Below the pieces are notes generated by a model. It worked only from the letters and a program-made list of their open reading frames with translations. It did no database searches and was not told the DNA's origin. A program made the translations under genes and the position numbers. From Candidatus Bathyarchaeota archaeon (lineage in GTDB: Archaea; Thermoproteota; Bathyarchaeia; Bathyarchaeales; Bathycorpusculaceae), in assembly GCA_963772455.1 (NCBI GenBank), contig CAVYXJ010000010.1, positions 160,001 through 224,000 on the forward strand: DNA of 64,000 nt. Reading direction: 5' to 3'. Of the stretch, positions 40,699 to 50,066 are shown piece by piece (position 1 is the first letter of the stretch; the number at the start of each line of letters is the position of its first letter).

Positions 40699-41124
40699 AT
40701 GTCTTGGCTTAAATCTATGATGGAAAAAGAACCACCAGAACCAGAAAATCCAATCGGCATAGTCGTAATCGGTAACATCGAACCAGACATGCACGACACT
40801 GCAAAAGAAGCAGTCAGACGCTCACTAAAACGCGCAGGATTCAAAACAATTGACGTTGGAAAAAGTGTTTCACCACAAGTTTTCATTGACAAAGCAAAAG
40901 AAAACAATGCAAACTTGATTGCAATTTCAGTTAACACTGTTCCAGCAAAAAACAACATCGCAAAACTTGATGAACTCTTAAAAGCAGCAGGTCTCAAAGA
41001 CAAAGTCGGCATAATCATGGGCGGCGCAGCAGTCAAAAAAGAAGATGCAGACGCAATCGGTGCACTTTTCGGCAAGAACAAGGAAGAAGCTCCTGAACTT
41101 GCAAAGAAAGCATTGAAGAAATAA
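40699..41124 (+). CDS. Stand-alone corrinoid (B12-binding) protein without cap domain
   Basis: DMHDTAK (DxHxxG-like), IDVGKSV, IAIS, IIMGGAAV. Confidence 0.85.
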   Translation: MSWLKSMMEKEPPEPENPIGIVVIGNIEPDMHDTAKEAVRRSLKRAGFKTIDVGKSVSPQVFIDKAKENNANLIAISVNTVPAKNNIAKLDELLKAAGLKDKVGIIMGGAAVKKEDADAIGALFGKNKEEAPELAKKALKK

Positions 41125-41143
41125 ATCCATCAGATGTGGAAAA

Positions 41144-42055
41144 ATGTCCTTTAAATTCAATACCCCACAAAAAATATATGACCTCGCCGGAGCAAAAATA
41201 GGCGGTCAACCGGGAGAAAATCCAACCTTTTTGATCGGCTCCATCTTTTGGCTAGGCCAAAAAATGGTTACCGATGCAAACAAAGGAATTTTTGATGCTA
41301 AAGCAGCCGAACAAATCATTAACACATGCCAAACCCAAAGCGACATAACCGGAGTCAAATTTGCACTAGACATCGTCGGCACAACAGAATTAGCATTCGA
41401 AAAATACATCGACTTCGTACCGAAACACACTGATGCACCACTCATGCTAGATGCAATGAGTCCAAAGACCCGTATGGGCGCAGCAACATTAGCAAAAAAG
41501 ATGGGTCTAGCAGACAGATGCCTCTACAACTCCGTCTACAAAGGAGTTATGGATGCTGAACTTGCAAACCTAAAAGACAGTGGCATCAAGATGTCCATTG
41601 TTCTTGCTGACGATCCAAAAGACACTACACTAGAAGGCAAAATGAAAGTAATTGTTGAAGCACTCGCACTAGCAGACAAAGGCGGCATCACAAAACCCCT
41701 AATCGACACAGCCATCCCAGCATTCGAACCAGACATGGGCACAGCCGTCAGAACCATACCAATAATGAAAGAAAAGTACGGTCACCCTGTAGGCTTAGGC
41801 AGCGGAAACGTTGTCACAACCATGGGTTGGGTCAAAGCAAACGTCGCAAAAGAATTCCGCCCAGGATGCAGAACAGCAACAAACTCAATCATGCAAATGG
41901 CAGGCGCAAACTGGCTAATGATCGGTCCAGCAGAACAGGCAGAATGGGTATTCCCAGCAGTCGCAGTCACAGACACATACATCGCTTCAGCAGCCGGTGA
42001 CCTTGGAACAAGGCCTCTCGAAGAATCTCATCCAATCTACAAGATGTTCATGTAA
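41144..42055 (+). CDS. mtrH: Methyl-H4MPT:corrinoid methyltransferase, MtrH family
   Basis: KIGGQPGENPTFLIGSIF, LYNS, KPLIDTA, YGHPVGLGSGN, GANWLMIGP. Confidence 0.92.
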   Translation: MSFKFNTPQKIYDLAGAKIGGQPGENPTFLIGSIFWLGQKMVTDANKGIFDAKAAEQIINTCQTQSDITGVKFALDIVGTTELAFEKYIDFVPKHTDAPLMLDAMSPKTRMGAATLAKKMGLADRCLYNSVYKGVMDAELANLKDSGIKMSIVLADDPKDTTLEGKMKVIVEALALADKGGITKPLIDTAIPAFEPDMGTAVRTIPIMKEKYGHPVGLGSGNVVTTMGWVKANVAKEFRPGCRTATNSIMQMAGANWLMIGPAEQAEWVFPAVAVTDTYIASAAGDLGTRPLEESHPIYKMFM

Positions 42056-42104
42056 AAATTTTCTTCCTTTATTTTTTATTTTTTTTAAATTTTGAGGTAA
42101 AAAT

Positions 42105-42515
42105 CTGAAACCAATAAACTGGTTTGAAATAATCTTAGGTTTTACAATTTTAACACTACTGACTGTCTATCTTACCCCAAACAATACAGATTTATCAATT
42201 ACCTTAGTTCCAAGATATATTCTAAGTTTTATTTTTATCTCTTTTTTACCAGGTTACTGCCTTGTAAACATTTTATTCTTAGGAAAAAACAGCATAGATC
42301 TTGTAGAACAATTAGTGTTGTCAGTTGCTCTAAGTTTTGGGTTAACAGGGTTGATAGGTTTATTCTTGGGGTTATCGCCTATCGGGATTAATTTTACTTC
42401 AATCACAGTTTCACTTAGCCTGTTAGTTCTAATTCTAGCAACAATTGCATTGATTAGAAAAAGAAGAGAATTATCAAGGTCTAATGTGCAGGTACCTGAG
42501 CAAGTAAGCGCCTGA
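42105..42515 (+). CDS. DUF1616-like membrane protein; apparent CTG start
   Basis: RYILSFIFISFLPGYCLVNILF...IDLVEQLVLSVALSF; in-frame TGA at 42093, GAGGT RBS before CTG. Confidence 0.7.
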   Translation: MKPINWFEIILGFTILTLLTVYLTPNNTDLSITLVPRYILSFIFISFLPGYCLVNILFLGKNSIDLVEQLVLSVALSFGLTGLIGLFLGLSPIGINFTSITVSLSLLVLILATIALIRKRRELSRSNVQVPEQVSA

Positions 42516-43853
42516 AGTTTTCACTGCAGCGATACCATAGACATTGCCTTTGAGCAGCATCTTAAACACATAGCTAACTCGTAAATAGAAATCCTGGTAA
42601 GCCTTGTAACGAAGCTCAACTAGTTTCTCCATGCTTAAAGAAGGCGTCTCAAAAGTTGGACCAGCAGTATCATACTTATCAAAATCGGTAACTCTTAGCC
42701 AACCATTCTTCTTTACCAATTCATACATTGGTGTTCCAGGATAAGGCGTGGCAATATAGAAACCCACATCATCAGGATTCAACTCTTTAACGAAACGGAT
42801 AGTTTCTCGAGCAGTCTGTTCGGTTTCACCTGGAAACCCCAAAACAACATTAGCAATAGTCATCAATCCCAACTGATGCGCGGTCTTGTATGCCAATCTG
42901 GTTTGATCCAGCTTAATGCGTTTGTTCATAGCTCCAAGAATAGCTTCAGAACCAGACTCTACTCCTAACCAAACTGCAAAACAACCCGCATCCCGCATAG
43001 TTTTCAACAATTCTCGGTCAACCATATCAACGCGAGTGCCGCAATCCCATTTTATATGCAACTTTCTAGCTTGCAGTTCCTCACAAATTTTGATAACCCG
43101 GTTGCGGTCAACACTAAATGCATCATCATAAAACGTAACTTGGTCAACACCATACCTGTCATGGACCAACTGCATTTCATCTACAACGTTTTTAGGACTG
43201 CGCATTCGATAGCCTCTGCCAAACATGCGCACAGTGCTGCAGAAGTCACACCAAAAGACACATCCACGACTGCTTACCAACGGGAAAATTATTTTACCAT
43301 TATGCTTTAGACTTTCAAGCGGCATCAAGTGATGAGCTGGAAAAGGAAGAGAATCTAAATCTTCAATGAAAGGCCTATCTCCATTGCGAACAATTTTATC
43401 CGCGTTTCTATAAGTGATGCCTAACACCTCATTGAAGCTGGATTTATTCTGGATCTTATCCATAAGCTCAATGAACGTTTGCTCACCCTCTCGACGCACA
43501 ACAATATCTAAACTTTGAGATTCTTGAAGCGCGTTTTCATCCCAAAAGGACCCATGTGACCCGCCAAGCATCGTGACTGCTTGCGGCTGAACTTGTTTAG
43601 CAATTTCGATTAACTTCATTGCAGAATTATAAAGCAGCGTTGTTGCAGTTACCCCAATTATGTCAGATGGCGTATGTGAAATACGCTCGCGAAAGCTTTC
43701 ATAATTAAGTTTCTCAGCTTGACAATCGATTACTGTAACCTGGTGACCTGCATTCTCCGCAACAGCACCCAAATACCCTAATCCTAACGGAATAAACGGT
43801 GGATGCGAATGGCCACTTTGTGGATAAGGCGGATTAACTAGGGTAATTTTCAT
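42474..43853 (-). CDS. B12-binding radical SAM protein (class B methyltransferase/BchE-like)
   Basis: LVNPP, PLGLGYL, GGSH, SRGCVFWCDFC, FYDDAF, GVESGS, TPYPGT. Confidence 0.92.
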   Translation of the reverse strand: MKITLVNPPYPQSGHSHPPFIPLGLGYLGAVAENAGHQVTVIDCQAEKLNYESFRERISHTPSDIIGVTATTLLYNSAMKLIEIAKQVQPQAVTMLGGSHGSFWDENALQESQSLDIVVRREGEQTFIELMDKIQNKSSFNEVLGITYRNADKIVRNGDRPFIEDLDSLPFPAHHLMPLESLKHNGKIIFPLVSSRGCVFWCDFCSTVRMFGRGYRMRSPKNVVDEMQLVHDRYGVDQVTFYDDAFSVDRNRVIKICEELQARKLHIKWDCGTRVDMVDRELLKTMRDAGCFAVWLGVESGSEAILGAMNKRIKLDQTRLAYKTAHQLGLMTIANVVLGFPGETEQTARETIRFVKELNPDDVGFYIATPYPGTPMYELVKKNGWLRVTDFDKYDTAGPTFETPSLSMEKLVELRYKAYQDFYLRVSYVFKMLLKGNVYGIAAVKTSGAYLLRYLHIRP

Positions 43854-43990
43854 TTCAGATAGCCTGTGCAAAGGAGATTCTATGTTGGATTAAATATATT
43901 GCTTTCTTTAATTTCCAAAAAATAAGGCTCAATTGTTATTTGATATTTGATTTATTATGAATAAAAAATATTGAGTAAAGAAACGATTGT

Positions 43991-45377
43991 TTAGGAGAGT
44001 TTTATGTGCATTGCCCTAAGAGCATACGCCGCGGATGTTTTAAGTCCAGATCTCCCATATGTTCCGCCTTTGAGCATCATCTTAAACACGTAGCTAGGTC
44101 GCAAGTAAAACTTTTGATGTGCCTTGTATTTAATTTCCCGAATCTTTTCCATACTTAACTCAGGGGTCTCAAAAGTCGGGGTAGCTGTATCATATTTGTT
44201 AAAGTCGGTTACTCGAAGCCACCCGTTTTTAACTACTTGCTCATACATTGGGGTACCCGGATACGGTGTTGCTACATAGAAACCAATATCATCTGGGTTT
44301 AATGAATTGATAAAGTTGATTGTCTCCCAAGCAGTCTCCTCTGTTTCACCAGGAAAACCGATGACAGCACTGGCTATGGTCATCATACCAGCCTTCTGCG
44401 ACATCTTGAAAGCTGCGCGGACTCCTTCAGGCTTTATTTTTTTATGCATCTGATCTAAGATTCTTTCTGAACCAGACTCAACACCAAACCATATGGTTAT
44501 GCATCCAGCATCATGCATTTTTTCAAGTAATTCTTTGTCAACGGCATCAACTCGGGTTTCACAATCCCAAGTAACATCTAATTTACGGGCTTTGATATCC
44601 GCGCACATTTCAAGTGTATGCTGACGGTTAACTGTGAATGCGTCGTCGTAAAATGTGAATTGGCTCTGCCCATACTTGTTATGCAGCATCTCCATATCGT
44701 CTACAACCATTTTGGGACTACGTACACGGTAACCTCTGCCAAACATTCGTACTGTGCTGCAGAAGTCACACCATTGGACACATCCACGACTGGTTACTAT
44801 TGGAAAAATAGTTTTTCCCATGCGGTGATAGGAGTCCAAGAGGAAGCAAATGATAAGCTGGAGAAGGCAACGAATCTAGTTCGAGCAGGAAGGGTCTGTC
44901 TTCATTACGTATGATTTTTCCGTTGCTCCCACGGAATGTGGTGCCTAAGACTCCTTCAAAATTCTTTTTCGCTTCAATACGCTGCAATAATTCAAGAAAC
45001 GTCAATTCGCCTTCACGACGCACAATTACGTCAATAGCCTGAGATTCGTTTAGGGCGTTTTCATCCCAAAAGCTCACGTGGCTTCCGCCAATCATTGTAA
45101 CTGCGTTTGGCTGTTCTTCTTTTGTAATTTCCATTATTGTTTTAGCTGAATTATAAAGAAGCGTAGTTGACGTTACTCCAACTACTTCAGATGGAACCTG
45201 CTTAATTTTTTGTCTGAAGGTATCATAAGTTAATTTTTCACCTTGGCAGTCGATTACTGTGACTTGGTGTCCTTCTTTTTCGGCGACTGCTCCCAGATAG
45301 GCTAAGCCCAATGGGATGAAGGGTGGATGTGAATGTGCATTTGGAGGATAGGGTGGATTAATGAGAGTAATTTTCAA
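43991..45377 (-). CDS. Paralogous B12-binding radical SAM protein; +1 frameshift near 44838
   Basis: Two ORFs join into one protein collinear with 42474..43853 (SRGCVQWCDFC). Confidence 0.88.
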
Positions 45378-45646
45378 GGTAGTTTCGCCCTTTTAGTGAT
45401 GGTTGTACGCTAGATGGATTATATAGTTTTCTAAATAAAACCAAAAACACGAAAAACCATGCTTTAAGAAGAAAAGGCTCTTAAAACAAATCGGTTAATG
45501 GTGTCTAAAAGAAAGAAGGCAATGTCCACTTGTTTAATTACGATTAGGGTTCATCTTGGTGATGCTAGTGCTCAAAGCGAACTGTCTAACCCATTTTTAT
45601 CAGTTGCTATCTGACTTTTTGTTGAGTAAGCTAAAAGTTTGGGGGT

Positions 45647-45781
45647 TTAACGCCTGAAGGTAAGCATGTGTGCTTTATGAGTAACCATTCGGTGATTGCG
45701 AAGTTCCTCGGGATTTTGAAAACTTGATGAACAAATTCTGCATTTAAATTTTTCTTGGATTAATTTTTCGTAAGTATACAT
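45647..45781 (-). CDS. 44-aa C2H2 zinc-finger microprotein; not in ORF track
   Basis: MYTYEKLIQEKFKCRICSSSFQNPEELRNHRMVTHKAHMLTFRR: F-x-C-x2-C-x3-F-x5-L-x2-H-x4-H. Confidence 0.7.
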   Translation of the reverse strand: MYTYEKLIQEKFKCRICSSSFQNPEELRNHRMVTHKAHMLTFRR

Positions 45782-46004
45782 CAAATATAGCCTTCTCAAT
45801 TGTTCTCTTGCAAAAATAAGTCTTTTACAAGCTCATTAGATAATGGGTTCTGCATGCTTATAAATGCATGATGCTTTATTATCCAAAACAAGGTTAAACC
45901 AAGCGTTAATGCTTGATACGGTTTGTTCTAATAGGCATCCTAAATAGTTACGGTGTATAGTAATAGCTGAAATCCTGTTGGAAAGTCAAGGAGGGACAAT
46001 ACGA

Positions 46005-46169
46005 TTGAAGAAAAAGACCAAACTTAAGAGTAAAGGAACAAAATACTACCAGAATACTCACGGCAAAGTCTACAGAGTAAAACCAAACCCTAAAGCAAAC
46101 AAACGAAAGCTTTTGCAAAAACGCCAGAGAAAAATAGATGCACAAATTAAGGCAACTACAACAGCCTAA
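46005..46169 (+). CDS. Small highly basic protein, 54 aa
   Basis: GGAGG RBS then TTG; MKKKTKLKSKGTKYYQNTHGKVYRVKPNPKANKRKLLQKRQRK. Confidence 0.55.
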   Translation: MKKKTKLKSKGTKYYQNTHGKVYRVKPNPKANKRKLLQKRQRKIDAQIKATTTA

Positions 46170-46497
46170 ACTTTCCCCTTATAATTCCGACTTAATTATA
46201 ATTTTTATTTATTAATTCTATATTCTTGTTGCTTCATTTTACTAAGTGAAGAGTTTCATTTGTTATTTGGTTATATCAACTGAGCAATTGGTCATTTTCA
46301 AGTACCCCTCAAAAGGCAAATGATCAGCCTTGAATCTGACTATAAATTAATTGAATTCTATTCTGGGACGAAGCAATTTTGAGAAGAATCGGACAAAACC
46401 ATATCAACGAACAGGATGCAAAGGTTGCATTTACAAACCAAACTCTTTCTGATAGAACCAATGTCCCGTCAACATTTGGCTAACTCTAAACGAATGA

Positions 46498-46740
46498 TTA
46501 AACTGTACCATTTGGGTGTTTTAACATCCAACTCTCAGCAAACGTGTCAGCTTTAGATTTAGAGGGGTAATCAGGTGAGATTGTTTTACCTTCTTCCTTA
46601 CCGCTTTTTCCAGACTCGAAGAGCCGAACATGATAGTCGTTGCTGAAATCTTTTTTTGAAACAATTACAGTTTGCCCAGTTACATCGTTAAGGTAACCAC
46701 AATCGTGACTCAGCATCTTCCAACCCTTAATTATCTTCAT
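46498..46740 (-). CDS. Hypothetical protein, 80 aa
   Basis: ATG with AGGT upstream; protein-like composition. Confidence 0.6.
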   Translation of the reverse strand: MKIIKGWKMLSHDCGYLNDVTGQTVIVSKKDFSNDYHVRLFESGKSGKEEGKTISPDYPSKSKADTFAESWMLKHPNGTV

Positions 46741-46873
46741 ATTCTATCTTCACTACCTTATTTTTTTCAGTCTTTTGAAATATAAAATCTGCGCACAATC
46801 AAATATAATTAGGATACATCTAACTTAAAACTATAGAGCAAAAAAAATAAAAACTAAAAAGAAGAAAAGGAAA

Positions 46874-47776
46874 TTACTTGTAGAGTTTTTCCCAGCGGCT
46901 AAATAGATCCAATACTTCGTCGCCGCCGTGATCTTTGAGGAATTCACGTGTTTCCTTATCTTCGGCTGCTTCTTTCTGGAACTTTTGAATATATTCAGCT
47001 TTTTCAGCAAGGAAAATGATTCCATCAACGCCTTGTCTTGCAACTCGGGTTGCAACAGTCATGATCTGTTTTGTTGGTGCAACAGTATCCCAAGTTTCGT
47101 TTGGACCGCGAACGTAGAAATTTACAAAGACTGGCTTTTTGAGGAAGCTTTTGTAGCCTCTTGCGATTGTTTCCCAGTACCAAGGTGTTGGATATGCTTT
47201 GCTGAACATTGGTATGACAAAGTAGTCAGCGTATTGTGCCATGGCTTCAAAGTCATATCCGAAGCGTTCTTTGCCCATTAATGGGTCAGGAAGACAGTTA
47301 ACGAAGAGGGGTTTACCGGATACTACTTCTTTAACTTCAGCAAGGAAGTCAGTTACCACTTTTGCTCTCCAATCAACCCATTTTAAGCCACTTTTTCTTT
47401 GTTGTTCTATGCATCTTGGGCAAGTGCAGAAATGTTGGTCGGCAAAATGTTGGCTGCTGATGCTAATTCCTGGGGTGATTTTAGCAGTTTCAGCGATAAT
47501 TTTTAAGTTATATTCTCTGGCTTCTGGGTTAGTCATGCATACGACGTCCCAGCGCAAGTTAAAGCGTTTGTTTGTACGGAGTGCTGGACCAAAAGAGCTT
47601 ACCGATACCCAGTCAGGCCGTTTTGCAGCCATGTTATTGTCGCCGAAAACTGCGATGTTAGTGTACATTTTTGGATTTGGTTTTCCAACGATTCCTGATT
47701 CTGATTTTTGACGATAGAAGTTATAGTCGACGCCTTCAACAGGCTCGGGTTGATAGAGAAATACGCCGAATTTCAA
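46874..47776 (-). CDS. Uncharacterised TIM-barrel (GH-like) protein with CxCxxC, paralog A
   Basis: VCMTNPEAREY, HFCTCPRC, WVDWRAKVVTDF, ERFGYDFEAMAQYADYFVIPMFS. Confidence 0.7.
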   Translation of the reverse strand: MKFGVFLYQPEPVEGVDYNFYRQKSESGIVGKPNPKMYTNIAVFGDNNMAAKRPDWVSVSSFGPALRTNKRFNLRWDVVCMTNPEAREYNLKIIAETAKITPGISISSQHFADQHFCTCPRCIEQQRKSGLKWVDWRAKVVTDFLAEVKEVVSGKPLFVNCLPDPLMGKERFGYDFEAMAQYADYFVIPMFSKAYPTPWYWETIARGYKSFLKKPVFVNFYVRGPNETWDTVAPTKQIMTVATRVARQGVDGIIFLAEKAEYIQKFQKEAAEDKETREFLKDHGGDEVLDLFSRWEKLYK

Positions 47777-47845
47777 GTTTAATACACCATTTTTCTGTTG
47801 TTTTTGTTTACGGAATAAAAGTGCAAGTTATTTAAGTCTTTTCAG

Positions 47846-48883
47846 TTAAGGCGCAGATTGCGCGTTTCTAACAATATTGATCAAAGTATGTTTTAAGAAA
47901 GGAGGCAAATCTACAAATTCATAATTTGGTGTTTTTGTACTTTCAAGTTTGTTTTGTGTACACAGCCCAAAGAATTTACTTGTCTGTATCCAATCCTTAA
48001 AGTCAGCTGGCAAAAGGTTCTTTTTGAAGTCATCATCCATCTTCGCCGCCGCCAATAAGAGCATCAAATAAACATGGTTCTTTTTTAGAATTTCAGCCAA
48101 GCTCTCTGCGTTTACTGTTAACCCCTCTACTTTGGATATTTCAGACACCAACTTCTCAACTGAAAGATGGCGTTCCTTGAGTCTGTCCAACACAGTTCGA
48201 CATGCCCATACTGGTTCCTGCTTGAGCAACGCTTCTGTAACAGCTTTTCTTGTACAAAAACCCACAAGCTTGCCCAGCTTTGAGGCTGGACCCCCCAAAC
48301 TTAACGGTCTGCCTAAACAATTTGAAGCAATTGTAACGCTATCAGTTATCGAACCTGTCGCCGAATCACCTGTATACCTACTTCGAATATCAAAATCTCT
48401 TAGCACTGCCGATTTTGCTTCAGTAGCAGTGATTAATGCAGCGACCATACAACTCTCCGACGGGTTACCATCGATTAATACGATAATGTTTATTGTGCCG
48501 ACAATTTCTTGAACATCCATCTCTTCCCCTGATGACTCACCATGTGAACATCCAGCCGTTGCAATTACATTTACAGAAAAATCGGTATCTTTCTTTGAAA
48601 CTAAACTATAATTTTTTATTTTTGCAGCTGTGACCATCGCAAGGTAATCTTTAGTTAATCCAACCTTTGCCGCGGATGAAGTTATAAGTTCTAGAGGGTT
48701 AAGGTGCAAGGAACGGTCACTGTATCCTTCAGGTACGCCTACATTGAGGACGGCTTTAACCTGCTTGAACCCGCCATTATAGAAAGCTGAGCTAACTGTC
48801 TTTAAAGAAGAATCGCAGAAAACAGCTATAACATTTTCTTTAACGATAAGGTTAACGTTGTTTGCGAGGCTAATTTGCTCCAA
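47846..48883 (-). CDS. cbiZ: Adenosylcobinamide amidohydrolase
   Basis: VSSAFYNGG, AMVTAA, ATAG, GTINIIV, TATEAK, ATGSITDSV. Confidence 0.85.
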   Translation of the reverse strand: MEQISLANNVNLIVKENVIAVFCDSSLKTVSSAFYNGGFKQVKAVLNVGVPEGYSDRSLHLNPLELITSSAAKVGLTKDYLAMVTAAKIKNYSLVSKKDTDFSVNVIATAGCSHGESSGEEMDVQEIVGTINIIVLIDGNPSESCMVAALITATEAKSAVLRDFDIRSRYTGDSATGSITDSVTIASNCLGRPLSLGGPASKLGKLVGFCTRKAVTEALLKQEPVWACRTVLDRLKERHLSVEKLVSEISKVEGLTVNAESLAEILKKNHVYLMLLLAAAKMDDDFKKNLLPADFKDWIQTSKFFGLCTQNKLESTKTPNYEFVDLPPFLKHTLINIVRNAQSAP

Positions 48884-48904
48884 ATTCGCCCTAAGCCTCC
48901 AATC

Positions 48905-49123
48905 CTATTTTTTTTGGGTGCTAACAGTTATAGTGATGGCTTTACTAGGGCACAAATTCACACAAACTCCACACTTTGTACATTGAACAAGAGTGATAAC
49001 TTGGGGTTTTCTATTCTTGCCTTCTTCTAATGCACCCTGTGGACAAACACCAATACAGATTTGCCCCGTGCAGGGACCACATTTAGTTGCGTCAATTGTG
49101 ATTGGAGATTTATGCTTGTCCAT
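48905..49123 (-). CDS. Ferredoxin
   Basis: CGPCTGQICIGVCP and CTKCGVCVNLCP. Confidence 0.88.
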   Translation of the reverse strand: MDKHKSPITIDATKCGPCTGQICIGVCPQGALEEGKNRKPQVITLVQCTKCGVCVNLCPSKAITITVSTQKK

Positions 49124-49181
49124 TTGAATCAACAATTAAATAAGCGCCAAGAATATATTTGTTGCGAGCAAGGAATTGGGC

Positions 49182-50066
49182 ATGAAAATAGGCTTAGTCA
49201 CATACAAACCTGAATATGTTGAGGGCTTTGACCTTCACGTTTACTATTCCAAATGGGTCGACGGACAAGTTTTTCCTGCGGCAAAAGGCATGCAAAACGA
49301 TGTTACAGTTTTATGTGATGCCAAAGCAATCCGTGAAGACCCAAGCCTTGTCGCCCTTTCAAAAACCGGTCCGGCGCTGCGAAGCAATAAGAGAAGTCAT
49401 TTTGTCTTTGACTATGTTTGCCCGACACATCCAAGTTACCGGGCTAAAGTTATGGATTACATCGAAGGATTAAGCAAAGAAAAAATTCTTGGTGTAACAC
49501 TTAATCTCTATCATTTTCCAGACCAAGACTTCTGTATCTGCCCCAGGTGCACAGAACAAAGGCAGAAGAGCGGTCTAAACTGGACACAATGGCGAGCTCA
49601 AACAATCACAGAATTGCTAAAAGAAGCTAAATCGAAAATTAGTGGAACGTTTGCTGTTGAAATTTACCCCGATCCAGTTTTAGCTAAAGAACGTTTTGGC
49701 ATAGACCTTGAAGCAATCGGGAACCTGGTGGATTATTTCCATGTACCCTTATCCTCACGCGATTATTTAACAAGCTATTGGGTAGATATACTAACTCGGG
49801 ATTTCGTTGCAATCCTAAAAAAGCCAATTGTTGTTGAGTTGAGTGCCGAAATGCCAACAGATGAAAAACTCAACGCCCTACTTAGAACAACAGCTTATAT
49901 TTCACGGCATAACTTGGACGCAGTATTGCTACTTGTTCATGATTCTGAAAACGCCCGACAAGTCGCACAATTTGCTGTACACAACAGTGACTTTCGAGAC
50001 TGGATAGAAAAATACGAGTTTACAGAAATGCAACGCGTCGTGGATGGTTGGGCTAAACTTTACTGA
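49182..50066 (+). CDS. Uncharacterised TIM-barrel protein with CxCxxC, paralog B
   Basis: YVCPTHPSYR, DFCICPRC, WTQWRAQTITE, ERFGIDLEAIGNLVDYFHVPL; collinear with 46874..47776. Confidence 0.7.
   Translation: MKIGLVTYKPEYVEGFDLHVYYSKWVDGQVFPAAKGMQNDVTVLCDAKAIREDPSLVALSKTGPALRSNKRSHFVFDYVCPTHPSYRAKVMDYIEGLSKEKILGVTLNLYHFPDQDFCICPRCTEQRQKSGLNWTQWRAQTITELLKEAKSKISGTFAVEIYPDPVLAKERFGIDLEAIGNLVDYFHVPLSSRDYLTSYWVDILTRDFVAILKKPIVVELSAEMPTDEKLNALLRTTAYISRHNLDAVLLLVHDSENARQVAQFAVHNSDFRDWIEKYEFTEMQRVVDGWAKLY

Noticed and set aside
41144-42055. mtrH/ftr/cdh as evidence of methanogenesis
   Set aside because: No mcr or mtrA-G in the window; these genes also occur in non-methanogenic Wood-Ljungdahl archaea.
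40699-45377. Pyrrolysine or selenocysteine readthrough in methyltransferase or redox genes
   Set aside because: No in-frame TAG/TGA with continuing homology was seen; breaks are frame changes. No pyl/sel genes in the window.
46200-46497. Intergenic stretch as a cobalamin riboswitch or small gene
   Set aside because: No B12-box or convincing stems, and only short ORFs without RBS or motif.
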